Assembly: GCA_050693695.1 (NCBI GenBank) | Contig: JBOGWM010000282.1 | Coordinates: 1-51,794 of the forward strand | Length of the DNA stretch: 51,794 bases | Source of the DNA: Actinomycetota bacterium | GTDB taxonomy: Bacteria; Actinomycetota; CADDZG01; JAHWKV01; JAOPZY01 | Direction: 5' to 3' | Shown: positions 17,671 to 26,276 of the stretch, in pieces | How the letters are laid out: each line of letters begins with the position of its first letter | How positions within the stretch are numbered: the stretch's first letter is position 1 | Position numbers and translations under genes: made by a program | The notes under the pieces: model-generated | Database searches by the model: none | What the model was told of the DNA's origin: nothing | Seen by the model: only the letters and a program-made list of their open reading frames with translations

Positions 17671-19488
17671 ATGACGGGTCAGACGGGCGACTCGACCAAG
17701 AAAGCGCTTGACGATGCCCTGAGCTTTCCCATCCTGACCGAGGAGGTCACCCTGCCGACGAACCCTCGGGAAACGGCCCCCGCCCCAGGGAGATCGCCGC
17801 TGAGCCAGATCATCCAGGGAGCCATCGGGGAGGTCCTGGGGTGCCTGCCGAAACCGGGCGACCCCAATTCCTTCCTCGAGGCGCTCAATAAGTCCTTCAG
17901 CCTGCAGAAGGTTTCGGGACATACGGAATATAGCTGGACGCCGCGAGGCTATACCGCCTATACCGAAATGGGGGCCGTGACCGGAGCGCAGGCCAGCCTC
18001 TTTGTTCGAGCCACCTCCGCCCTCGATGACTCCCTTCCCCTGCTCGAGGGGCTGAAGCCCCTGCGGGCGGACGCCGACCCTGAGGACAGCCAGGCTGCCC
18101 GGGCGATCGTGCGCTCCAACTTGACGGAGCTGGTGACCGAGCTGGGAGAGGTCGGAGGCCCTCGGGTGCAGCGGGTGGACGATCTCTTCGGGCTGCTGCT
18201 GGGGATCGACATAGCCCAATTCATCTCCGGGTCGACGTTCTCCATCGATGCGGAGGAGATCAGCGGCGACCTCGGCCTCCTGCGGGAGCGCCTCGGGCTG
18301 GAGCAGGATCGCGTGAACACCATCGAGGAAGAGCAGAACTTCACCAATTTCCTGGTCCTCGTCGACTACGTCCAGTCGCTCTTCCAGAGCTGGATCGTCT
18401 TCCGGGATGGTTTTGTCCGCACCGATGGCGAAGTCTTCTTCGGGACCCAACTCGTATTGTTGTCCCGCTCGCTGGGAGTGGTGGCCGAGTCGGTCCAGGA
18501 AACCTACTTCGCCATGAACTCGGTCTTCCTCGGACCGGCGGAGCGGGAGACAACCGATCTGAATCTCAGTGCGGTCACGCCCGGTGAGCCTGAGGCTCCG
18601 ATCACGGTGGCGGAGCTGCTCGATTGGGTGAGGACGGTCGCCGGGGAGGAGGGTCCTCGTCTCATCCGGGAAGGAGGCAAGGACGGGGTGATCGCTCTCA
18701 GCCCGACCCTGGACACGCTCAGCAGGCTGGTCTCGAAGACGTTCGAGCTGGCGAGCGATCCCTCACACCCCGCCAATCCCACCAGTGCCTTCCACACCGC
18801 CCGGGTGCAGCGTGCCCTGGAGGAGCTCTCCGCCCACCTGGAGGAGGCCTTCGATCTTGCCGGCGAAATCACGCGCGGCCGCCCGGAGATCATCGCGGTG
18901 GACCCCGAGTCGGTGTTTCTGGCAGAAGGGATACCCGTGCCGGAGCGGTTGGATGTGGACGGGGAGGGGTTCCAGAACGGCGCCCGAGTGTTGCTCAAGA
19001 ATCAGACCCCGCCAGACCCAACCGCGCCGACTGAGCTCGCGGGCGCCTCGGTCACGGTGGTGAGCCCGAACCAGGTCAGGGCCAGCTTCCTTTTCGCTCT
19101 CATTCACGCAGGTATCTGGGACGTCGTGGTAGAGAATCCCGACGGTGGCTTCGGGAGCGGAGTGACCTTCACCGTTACTGTGCCTCCTCCGGAGTCACCG
19201 CCGCCCCCCCCGCCCGAGGTGACCTCTGTAGAACCGTCCTCTCTCCAGCAGGACGATACCGCAACGGTAACCCTAACAGGCCAGGGATTCGCGCCAGGAG
19301 CGAGGCTCGATTTCGGCGACAGCATCGGCGTCGCGGTAAATTCGATCAACCCGTCGGCCATCGTCGCGGAGATCAACATCTCCCGCAACGCGGCCGTAGG
19401 CCCGAGAGATGTGAGTGTCACCAACCCGGATGGGCAAACGGGCACTCGGCCACAGGCTTTCCAGGTGACCTCCACCACCGTCCTATGA
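17671..19488 (+). CDS. Orphan 605-aa protein with two C-terminal IPT/TIG (Ig-like) domains joined by a poly-proline linker
   Basis: ATG at 17671 with GGGAGGAG at 17656-17663; the track ORF start at 17554 is rejected. The C-terminus reads ...IIAVDPESV...VDGEGFQNGARVLL...VVVENPDGGFGSGVTFTV-PPPESPPPPPPE-VTSVEPSSL..TVTLTGQGFAPGARLDFG...VSVTNPDGQTG. The N-terminal ~430 aa are unassigned. Confidence 0.75.
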   Translation: MTGQTGDSTKKALDDALSFPILTEEVTLPTNPRETAPAPGRSPLSQIIQGAIGEVLGCLPKPGDPNSFLEALNKSFSLQKVSGHTEYSWTPRGYTAYTEMGAVTGAQASLFVRATSALDDSLPLLEGLKPLRADADPEDSQAARAIVRSNLTELVTELGEVGGPRVQRVDDLFGLLLGIDIAQFISGSTFSIDAEEISGDLGLLRERLGLEQDRVNTIEEEQNFTNFLVLVDYVQSLFQSWIVFRDGFVRTDGEVFFGTQLVLLSRSLGVVAESVQETYFAMNSVFLGPAERETTDLNLSAVTPGEPEAPITVAELLDWVRTVAGEEGPRLIREGGKDGVIALSPTLDTLSRLVSKTFELASDPSHPANPTSAFHTARVQRALEELSAHLEEAFDLAGEITRGRPEIIAVDPESVFLAEGIPVPERLDVDGEGFQNGARVLLKNQTPPDPTAPTELAGASVTVVSPNQVRASFLFALIHAGIWDVVVENPDGGFGSGVTFTVTVPPPESPPPPPPEVTSVEPSSLQQDDTATVTLTGQGFAPGARLDFGDSIGVAVNSINPSAIVAEINISRNAAVGPRDVSVTNPDGQTGTRPQAFQVTSTTVL

Positions 19489-19584
19489 GCGCCGGATCGG
19501 TGAGCGTGTCGGTGGGGTCGAGGTGAGGCATGAAAGACATGGAGTCGTTGCGATGACTGAACTTTCGATCTGAGGAGGTCCCAC

Positions 19585-20712
19585 ATGGCGAGGGAACGGG
19601 AATACCAAAACCTCTTCGACCGCATCGCGGCGCTGAAGGAGACGCTGGCCAGCCGGTTGTCGGCCGACCTCCTTCAGAACCCGCAACTCGGGGAGGAGCT
19701 GGTCAAGCAGGTCGACGACCTGCTGACGGCCGCGGTGGAGGCGGACGCGAGGTCGATACCTCCCCCCGACAAGGGCCTGGCCGAGCTGGCCGGAGTCGGC
19801 CCCGAGGCGGCGGCGGAGTTCGGCCAGACCCGCATCCCCCCCGGCGTCCTGGCCTACGACGAGACGGTCACCTCCGAGAGGATCATCGCCACCGGCGACC
19901 TCTACTACATCTACCAGCACGAGAGGGTGGGAGTCTTCCGGGTGATCCAGAAGCTCCAGGAGCTGTTCCGGGCCGGGACGGCCCGGCTCTCCGCCGGGCC
20001 GGGCGCCTTCGCCCTCTACCAGTTCGACCGCCGGGAGGTCCTGCGGTATACGCAGCGGGATCGCCTGTCGGCCTACCGCCGGGCCTTCGGGTACGGCCGG
20101 GCCCCGGTTCCGGCCGGATCGCGCGCCAACACCGACTTCCACGGCCTCTTCACCCACTTCAACAATCAGGTCGCTCTGTTCTTCCGGGACAAGCGCATCT
20201 CCGACGTCATCCGCGAGCGCGCCTTCGATCCCAGCTTCGGCAGCATCGCCATCGTCCGGCGGGCCGGCCTGGACCTGCGCAACAATCTGAAGTTCACCTC
20301 CTTCGGCCACGTGAACGTCTTGCGAGTCGAGGTCATGCAGCTCCTGGAGGAGGCCTTCCGTATCCTGGAGTCCGACGATATCAAGCGTCTGTTCGGCGCC
20401 GATACCGCCTGGGACGTCGTTGAGGACGTGCTCGTCCGGCACTTCAACGAGCGGCTCGTCACCTCCCCCCGCCAGCGGATGGCGGTCGCGGGGAGGGAGG
20501 TGCTGCGCTGGCTCGCCCAGCCGCACATCCTCGAGACCACCCGGGTGGAGTTCGAGACCCTGCTGCTGCAAGTGGTGGAGTACGCGGAGGAATGGCTGAC
20601 CAGCGCCCAATCGCTCGGTCTGGCCCGGCGCTCCACCTCCCAGCGCATCCTGCCCTGGGATCGCCCGGCCTCGCCGGTCGCCAACGGCCAGCCCGCCCGC
20701 TCGGGGGGGTAG
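19585..20712 (+). CDS. Orphan 375-aa protein
   Basis: ATG with a GAGGAGG SD. The globular-looking sequence (…ATGDLYYIYQHERVGVFRVIQKLQELF…VLRYTQRDRLSAYRRAFGYG…) has no signal peptide or TM segment. No family was recognised. Confidence 0.7.
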   Translation: MAREREYQNLFDRIAALKETLASRLSADLLQNPQLGEELVKQVDDLLTAAVEADARSIPPPDKGLAELAGVGPEAAAEFGQTRIPPGVLAYDETVTSERIIATGDLYYIYQHERVGVFRVIQKLQELFRAGTARLSAGPGAFALYQFDRREVLRYTQRDRLSAYRRAFGYGRAPVPAGSRANTDFHGLFTHFNNQVALFFRDKRISDVIRERAFDPSFGSIAIVRRAGLDLRNNLKFTSFGHVNVLRVEVMQLLEEAFRILESDDIKRLFGADTAWDVVEDVLVRHFNERLVTSPRQRMAVAGREVLRWLAQPHILETTRVEFETLLLQVVEYAEEWLTSAQSLGLARRSTSQRILPWDRPASPVANGQPARSGG

Positions 20713-20774
20713 AGGTGCGCCGCCCGGTGAGGGCCAATCGGAGCAAGTCCGTAATCTGAATCAGGGGGAACGGG

Positions 20775-22244
20775 ATGACTGACGCAGATGCAAGTCTAGA
20801 GGAGTTTATTGAGTGGATGGATGAAGCGGTCTATGAGGCGCCGTTCCGGTCGGCCCGGGCGCCTGCCCGCCGCAGGCCCCCGACGGGACGGCAGGCCCGG
20901 AGGGCGACAACGCGAGCGCTTCAGCCTGCGCGTCCTGCCGTGGACATCAATCACGCGGTGGCTCGGAACCGAGTTCATAGACAGTCGCTGAGCTGGCAAC
21001 CATCTCTCGATGGCATCGTGCGGTATTTGGGATTCGGGACCAGGACGCCGGATGAGCCGCGGTTCGCCGAGGCGGTCGCGCGCTGGCAGCAGGATCAGAA
21101 CGGGCTCACGGTCGACGGCATCCTCGGGCCGCAGACGTGGGGGCGAATGCGAGGAGCGATCGGACCGGTCCCCTCCGTTGACATAGATCGTGCTATGCGT
21201 CGTAATCGCGACTATAGCCGGTCCCTGGGATGGGGAGCGTACGCTTCCACCATCTCCCGCCTCATCGGATTCGCGACCTCCTTTCCGAGCGAGCGGCAGT
21301 TCGCTGGGGCGACCGGGCGCTGGCAACGAGCCCAGGGAGGCCTCGTTGTGGACGGCATCCTCGGACCGAGGAGCCTGGCTCGAATGGAGTCGGCGCTGAG
21401 GCAGCCAGAGCTCGGTCTGACTCCGGATGGCCAGGCTGAGCTCTTCGTCACCCATATCCCGCCGATCCCCCCCGCCAGCGGGCCGTCCCGGATTCCGGGG
21501 GCGGAACTGGGTCACGAGATCCTGACTGAACGCGCCGCGAGGCGCGCCGGTATCGTCGCGGGGGATCCCTTGGATGCCGCACTTCGGGCAGGAGTAACCC
21601 GGGTGGACATCGGTAGAACGACCACCTTGCCTTTTGGCATCGAGCTTCCCTTGGAGCTTCCGGCCGCCCTCGTGCACGCCGTCGATCCCGCCGAGCAGTC
21701 GCGCCACGCCCTCCGTGGCGGGCCCGACCTGTGCCAAGACATGGCGACAGCTCTGAGGGGGGTCCGCAATCGTCTCATAGCCTTGCACGGCAACGCCCTG
21801 AGGGCCCCAACACGAGTCGCAGCCTTCGAGTCGATCGGCGAAGCGCTTCACTTGATCCAGGACTCGTACTCGCAGGCCCACACCGAGCGCGAATGGGCGC
21901 CGGCGCCGCCCCATCGGATCAGATACATCCGCTTCTTTGCCAGGGTGATCAATCCCTTCACGATCCCTCCCCGATCCCCGCTTATCCGAGGGAGGGCCCC
22001 TCACGAGCACCAGTTTCCGACGGACAACCGGGACAGCATCTTCAACCCGGGGGCAAGCCTGAAACCCGAAGCCTTGCGTGCCATCGACGCGAGCCACGAG
22101 TTCCTGGTGATGATCGTGCGGCATCTTCCAGGTCCCCCATCTTCCAGGACCGCTGCGGGCCTTCGTCGCTTCATGAATCGACACCTTGCACTTCACCCCA
22201 CCCCTCACGAGCCTGGGATGTTTCACCCGGGAACCTGTCCATGA
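20775..22244 (+). CDS. Protein with two tandem peptidoglycan-binding (PG_binding_1-like) repeats and a His-rich C-terminal domain (possible Zn-hydrolase/phospholipase C-like)
   Basis: The repeats VDINHAVARNR...FAEAVARWQQDQNGLTVDGILGPQTWGRM and VDIDRAMRRNR...FAGATGRWQRAQGGLVVDGILGPRSLARM are a PGB helical-bundle signature. The C-terminal domain contains ALHLIQDSYSQAHTE and PHEHQF. There is no signal peptide. Confidence 0.75.
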   Translation: MTDADASLEEFIEWMDEAVYEAPFRSARAPARRRPPTGRQARRATTRALQPARPAVDINHAVARNRVHRQSLSWQPSLDGIVRYLGFGTRTPDEPRFAEAVARWQQDQNGLTVDGILGPQTWGRMRGAIGPVPSVDIDRAMRRNRDYSRSLGWGAYASTISRLIGFATSFPSERQFAGATGRWQRAQGGLVVDGILGPRSLARMESALRQPELGLTPDGQAELFVTHIPPIPPASGPSRIPGAELGHEILTERAARRAGIVAGDPLDAALRAGVTRVDIGRTTTLPFGIELPLELPAALVHAVDPAEQSRHALRGGPDLCQDMATALRGVRNRLIALHGNALRAPTRVAAFESIGEALHLIQDSYSQAHTEREWAPAPPHRIRYIRFFARVINPFTIPPRSPLIRGRAPHEHQFPTDNRDSIFNPGASLKPEALRAIDASHEFLVMIVRHLPGPPSSRTAAGLRRFMNRHLALHPTPHEPGMFHPGTCP

Positions 22245-22354
22245 AGTCCGGGACGGATCCCGGCGGCTGCCACGGTCAGCGCACCCGGCATGAGACGTGA
22301 GACAAACGGCGCCGCCTGGACCCGGAAGCCCGACCGGCCGACCGCGAGCCTCCG

Positions 22355-23107
22355 GTGATCATCGACGCTCACTGTCACGCCGGGAGGGGCGACCTCATGA
22401 CGGCGCCCTGGAACACCAACGCGCCCATCGAGCCGTACCTCAAGCGCGCCCGGGCGGCCGGTATCGACAAGACGATCGTGGTCCCGCCCTTCCACAGCGA
22501 CTACCGGCGGGCCAACGCCCAGCTCGCCCGGGTCGTGGCCCGCTATCCCCGCCGCCTGATCGGCTTCGGGATGGTGCATGCCCGCAGGGACGCCGGACGC
22601 ATCCTCCCCATGATGGAGCGGGCGACCCGGGAATGGGGATTTCGCGGGATGAAGGTTCACGGCCATGACGCCATGGCCACCCGGGAGGTGTGTGAAGCGG
22701 CCCGGGCCCTCCGGCTGCCGCTGCTGGTCGATGTCGTCGGGCGAACCTACCTGGTGGACCTGCTGGCCTCCGAGTACCCGGATGTTCACTTCGTCATCCC
22801 CCACTTCGGGAGCTTCGCCGACGACTGGCGGGCGCAGCAACAGGTGGTGGATCAGCTCGTCCGCCATCCCAACGTCCACGCCGATACCTCCGGCGTGCGA
22901 CGGTTCGACTACCTCGTCCAGGCGGTCCGGCGAGCCGGGCCGGAGAAGATCATCTTCGCCTCTGACGGCCCCTGGCTGCACCCGGGAATCGAGCTGGAAA
23001 AGATCCGCGTGCTGCGCCTCCCGCCGCACGAGGAAGCGCTCGTCCTGAGCGGGAACGCCCTGCGACTCCTGCGTGGGACGGGGAGCGGCGTGGAAGGATC
23101 CGGATAA
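22355..23107 (+). CDS. Amidohydrolase-family (TIM-barrel metal-dependent hydrolase) protein
   Basis: GTG start. IIDAHCHAG at the N-terminus, MKVHG, HFG and a late FASDGPW acidic motif. Confidence 0.75.
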   Translation: MIIDAHCHAGRGDLMTAPWNTNAPIEPYLKRARAAGIDKTIVVPPFHSDYRRANAQLARVVARYPRRLIGFGMVHARRDAGRILPMMERATREWGFRGMKVHGHDAMATREVCEAARALRLPLLVDVVGRTYLVDLLASEYPDVHFVIPHFGSFADDWRAQQQVVDQLVRHPNVHADTSGVRRFDYLVQAVRRAGPEKIIFASDGPWLHPGIELEKIRVLRLPPHEEALVLSGNALRLLRGTGSGVEGSG

Positions 23108-23120
23108 GGCATCCCTCTCC

Positions 23121-23558
23121 TCAAGGGTCGGGAAGCGACTCCACGCGTTTTTTGAGCTCCTCGAGCGCGGTCGAAACGATGACCTTCACCGCCTGGCGCC
23201 GGAGGAACGCGGGCAACGGAAAGCCCGGGTCGATGTCGTAGCTGTAGGTCACCGTGGTCACATGGTCGATCGTTCGAAGCTGATACGAGCCGGTGATCTC
23301 CTTCAGGTCCCCCTCGGTCATCTCCCAGGCCACGCCCCCTTCAGGATAGGAATAGCGCAGGGTGTAGCCCACCCGCTTGATACGGGCGTCCACATCGAAG
23401 CGAGCCAGGGCGGGCCGTCCTTGCTCATCGCGCTCGAGCACCTCCGCGGACTTCACGGCGTCCATCCACCTCGGCAGGGCCTCGATGTTCCCGATGACCT
23501 GGAGGATCTTGGGAGTGGAGCCCTTGATCTCGATTGAAGCGCTTCCGGATTCTCCCAT
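23121..23558 (-). CDS. SRPBCC (polyketide cyclase/dehydrase-like) family protein
   Basis: 145 aa. IEIKGSTPKILQVIGNIEALPRWMDAVKSAEVLERDEQGRP... has the pattern of the helix-grip fold family. Confidence 0.7.
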   Translation of the reverse strand: MGESGSASIEIKGSTPKILQVIGNIEALPRWMDAVKSAEVLERDEQGRPALARFDVDARIKRVGYTLRYSYPEGGVAWEMTEGDLKEITGSYQLRTIDHVTTVTYSYDIDPGFPLPAFLRRQAVKVIVSTALEELKKRVESLPDP

Positions 23559-23644
23559 GGAGAAGCTTCCTTTCGTTTTCTGCCTGCTTGATTTCAGAGG
23601 TTCGCAACCGAGGCATTCTATCGAGGTGTCGATTCGGAAGGCGC

Positions 23645-24433
23645 TCAGCGCTCCTTTGGGCCAGCCCGCGCCAGGGACAGGCGCCAGGCTCGCTGCGTCC
23701 GCCGGAAATAACCCACGTTCAGGAGATGGCTGCGACCCACATGCATGGAAGAGACCAGCGGCTGATGGATGTGGCCGAAGAACACCGCCCGCGGCTGGAC
23801 CTCCCGGACGTAGCCGAGCAGCCGGGCCGACCCGCGCTCATGCCGGCGGGCCAGGGTGTCGTAGGTCAGCTCGGGCACCTCGGGGGGGACGTGAGAGCAG
23901 ATCACGTCCACCTCACCCAGCTCCTCGAGCTTGGCGTTGTACTCCTCTTCCGCGATCTCTCCGGCCACCTTCTGTGGCGTCGGAAGCCCGCCTCCCACGA
24001 ATCCCACCCGCAGCCCTTCGATCTCGATCACCTTGCCGTCCGGGAGCTCCACCCTCCCCAGGAGGACCTCCTTCGCCAGCGCGGGCGAATCCACATTGCC
24101 CAAGATCACGTAGGTCCGGAGAGGAAGCGCGTCTCGGATCGCCATGTAGCTGGACCGTATCAGCGCCTGAAATCGCTCCTTGACCTGGGTCTCCCGGCCC
24201 TCCCGATGGCGGGCCATCACGGCTCGAGCGTCCTCGAAGCGCCGCTGGGTACGAAGAGCCACGACCTCGGTCATCACTTCCAGTCCGAAGACATCCACCA
24301 GGATCCCGTCCATCGTCTTGTAATCGATGACGTTGATCAGGTCTCCCAGCAGGAGCAGGGTATCGCGGGGGGTCACCTCTCGGGCCAAAGCGTCCAGCGC
24401 GCAGTGAAGGTCGGAGATGATCTTGACGGTCAC
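23645..24433 (-). CDS. Metallophosphoesterase (calcineurin-like) family protein
   Basis: ISDLHC, LLLLGDLINV, ILGNVDSP, CSHVPP and FGHIHQP, matching the order of the MPE metal-binding motifs. Confidence 0.8.
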   Translation of the reverse strand: MTVKIISDLHCALDALAREVTPRDTLLLLGDLINVIDYKTMDGILVDVFGLEVMTEVVALRTQRRFEDARAVMARHREGRETQVKERFQALIRSSYMAIRDALPLRTYVILGNVDSPALAKEVLLGRVELPDGKVIEIEGLRVGFVGGGLPTPQKVAGEIAEEEYNAKLEELGEVDVICSHVPPEVPELTYDTLARRHERGSARLLGYVREVQPRAVFFGHIHQPLVSSMHVGRSHLLNVGYFRRTQRAWRLSLARAGPKER

Positions 24434-24443
24434 CGCCCCAGCG

Positions 24444-25223
24444 TCATCCGCCGAAGCGGCGCACCCGCGCGGAGTACTCGAGGATGGCGTCCGCGACGTC
24501 CTCCTCGGTGATATCCGGGCAGTACTTGGGATTGAAGAGCAGCTCGGCGTAGGCGGCCTGGAGCGAAAGGAAGCCCGACGAGCGATACTCTCCCGAGGGC
24601 CGCCACACGAGATCGGGGTTGGGATATCGCTGTCCGGCGGTATCCAGGAAGTCGTGGATGTTCAGCGTCTCGAAATCGACCCTCAGGCGGCGGGCGTGCT
24701 CGAGCATGCGACTCATCGCCCGATGAATCTCATCCGCCCCACCGTAATTGATCGCCAGATTGATCCAGTTGCGCTCCATGCCCGCCGTCTTGGCCTGGAT
24801 CTCATCGATGGCCGCAATCAGGGACTGAGGCATCCCTCCGGGAAATCCCGCCTGCTCGGCCTCCTTTTCGACCCCCTGGGGAACCCCATCCCGGCGCCCG
24901 ATGTGAAACACCCGCACCTCCTCTTCGACCGCCTCCGGTAAGAACTCGTGGATCCACTCCTCGTAAAGGTCGAACAGGGCAGAGATCTCGAGGGGCGAGC
25001 GACGCCAGTTCTCGGTCGAGAAGGCCCAGATCGTTACGGTGTGGACCCCCACCTTTCGGCAGAAGCGGGCGAGGCGGCGAGCCACCTCGAAGCCCCGGCG
25101 GTGGCCCTCCACCGGGGCTAGCCCCCGCTGCAGCGCCCAGCGCCGGTTCCCGTCCGGAATGACCGCGAAGTGGGCGGGGATCGTGGCGCCGGCCAGCCTG
25201 GCGGCCGGGTCGGGCCGGGTCAT
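24444..25223 (-). CDS. cis-prenyltransferase (UppS family), divergent member
   Basis: AVIPDGNRRWA, FSTENW.R and INYGG are present. The C-terminal motif reads RPSGEYRSSGFLSLQAAYAELLF instead of the canonical RT(S/G)GE.R.SNFLLWQ.AY.E. Confidence 0.8.
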   Translation of the reverse strand: MTRPDPAARLAGATIPAHFAVIPDGNRRWALQRGLAPVEGHRRGFEVARRLARFCRKVGVHTVTIWAFSTENWRRSPLEISALFDLYEEWIHEFLPEAVEEEVRVFHIGRRDGVPQGVEKEAEQAGFPGGMPQSLIAAIDEIQAKTAGMERNWINLAINYGGADEIHRAMSRMLEHARRLRVDFETLNIHDFLDTAGQRYPNPDLVWRPSGEYRSSGFLSLQAAYAELLFNPKYCPDITEEDVADAILEYSARVRRFGG

Positions 25224-25229
25224 CGTTGC

Positions 25230-26216
25230 TTACTCGATCAGACGGGGCACGCGCTCGATGATAAGGCGCGTCAGCCTTTCCAGCGAGTCGCGGGCGGGAC
25301 ACTGCGGAGCCCCTTTCAGAAGGGACAGAGCCCGCTGCGCATGGCCGGTGGCGACGCCGATCGCCTCGTCGAAGGCTCCCGTCTTCAAGACGATGGAACG
25401 GATGTGGTCCACGTCCGGATCGGGGGTCCCCAACTCCTGGACCAGGGACGGCTCGGACTCGATCGCGAGCAGCACCGGCAGGGTGTACACGCCCACCCGC
25501 AGGTCCGTCCCGGGCGGCTTCCCAAGATCGTCCTGAGAGGCGGCCAGGTCCAGCAGATCATCGGCCACCTGGAAGGCGAGCCCAAAGGCGAACCCGAACG
25601 CGGCGAGCAGCTCGGAGATCCGGGTCGGACACCCCCCCACGGAGGCGCCCAGGCGGGCAGATGCCTCGAAGAGGGCGGCGGTCTTGTCCTGGATCGTGGA
25701 GAAGTAGTGCTTTTTGGTGCGGCGGCAGTCATAGCCATACTCCAGCTCTCGCACCTGACCCTGCACCACACGGGCGATAGCGTCGGCCAGCACCCGGGGA
25801 ACCTCGCCGCCCACATCGGCGGCCAGGCTGGAGGCGCGGGCAAACAGATAGTCCCCGACGAGGATCGCCACCGTGTTGCCCCACTTGCCGTTGGCGGTCG
25901 CAGCCCCTCGCCTCGCCTCCGCCTCATCGATCACATCATCGTGATAGAGGGTCGCGAGATGAGTCATCTCCAGGGCCGCGGCGGTCATGTCGACCCGGAG
26001 GTCAGGTCCGGAGCCGAGATGCGAGGAGAGCTCCACGAGCGCCGGACGCAGCCGCTTGCCTCCCGCCCTGGAGAGATAGGTGGCCGCTTCCGTGAGAAAG
26101 AGAGTGGCCGCGCTGGAGGACTCCAGCAGCGTCCGCTCGACCCGCTCCAGGTCCGTCGTAACGAGCTCGAGAGCGAGACTTACTTCATCTTGAGAGAGCC
26201 TCTCCACCACCTCCAC
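25230..26216 (-). CDS. trans-polyprenyl diphosphate synthase (IdsA/GGPPS/HepPPS-like)
   Basis: First Asp-rich motif LYHDDVIDEAEARRG and second Asp-rich motif FQVADDLLD. The gene ends 7 nt upstream of the cis-prenyltransferase gene. Confidence 0.85.
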   Translation of the reverse strand: MEVVERLSQDEVSLALELVTTDLERVERTLLESSSAATLFLTEAATYLSRAGGKRLRPALVELSSHLGSGPDLRVDMTAAALEMTHLATLYHDDVIDEAEARRGAATANGKWGNTVAILVGDYLFARASSLAADVGGEVPRVLADAIARVVQGQVRELEYGYDCRRTKKHYFSTIQDKTAALFEASARLGASVGGCPTRISELLAAFGFAFGLAFQVADDLLDLAASQDDLGKPPGTDLRVGVYTLPVLLAIESEPSLVQELGTPDPDVDHIRSIVLKTGAFDEAIGVATGHAQRALSLLKGAPQCPARDSLERLTRLIIERVPRLIE

Positions 26217-26276
26217 CCCCTCCGTCTCCTGGCAGGGGGAGAGCTTAGCCCTCCCCCTGGGCCTCTCCCAAACGAT

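Noticed and set aside
19483-22226. 375-aa (19483-20610) and 476-aa (20796-22226) minus-strand ORFs antisense to the last two operon genes
   Set aside because: They have no SDs and an Arg/Gly/Pro-rich composition. The plus-strand frames have SDs, PG-binding repeats and globular-looking sequence.
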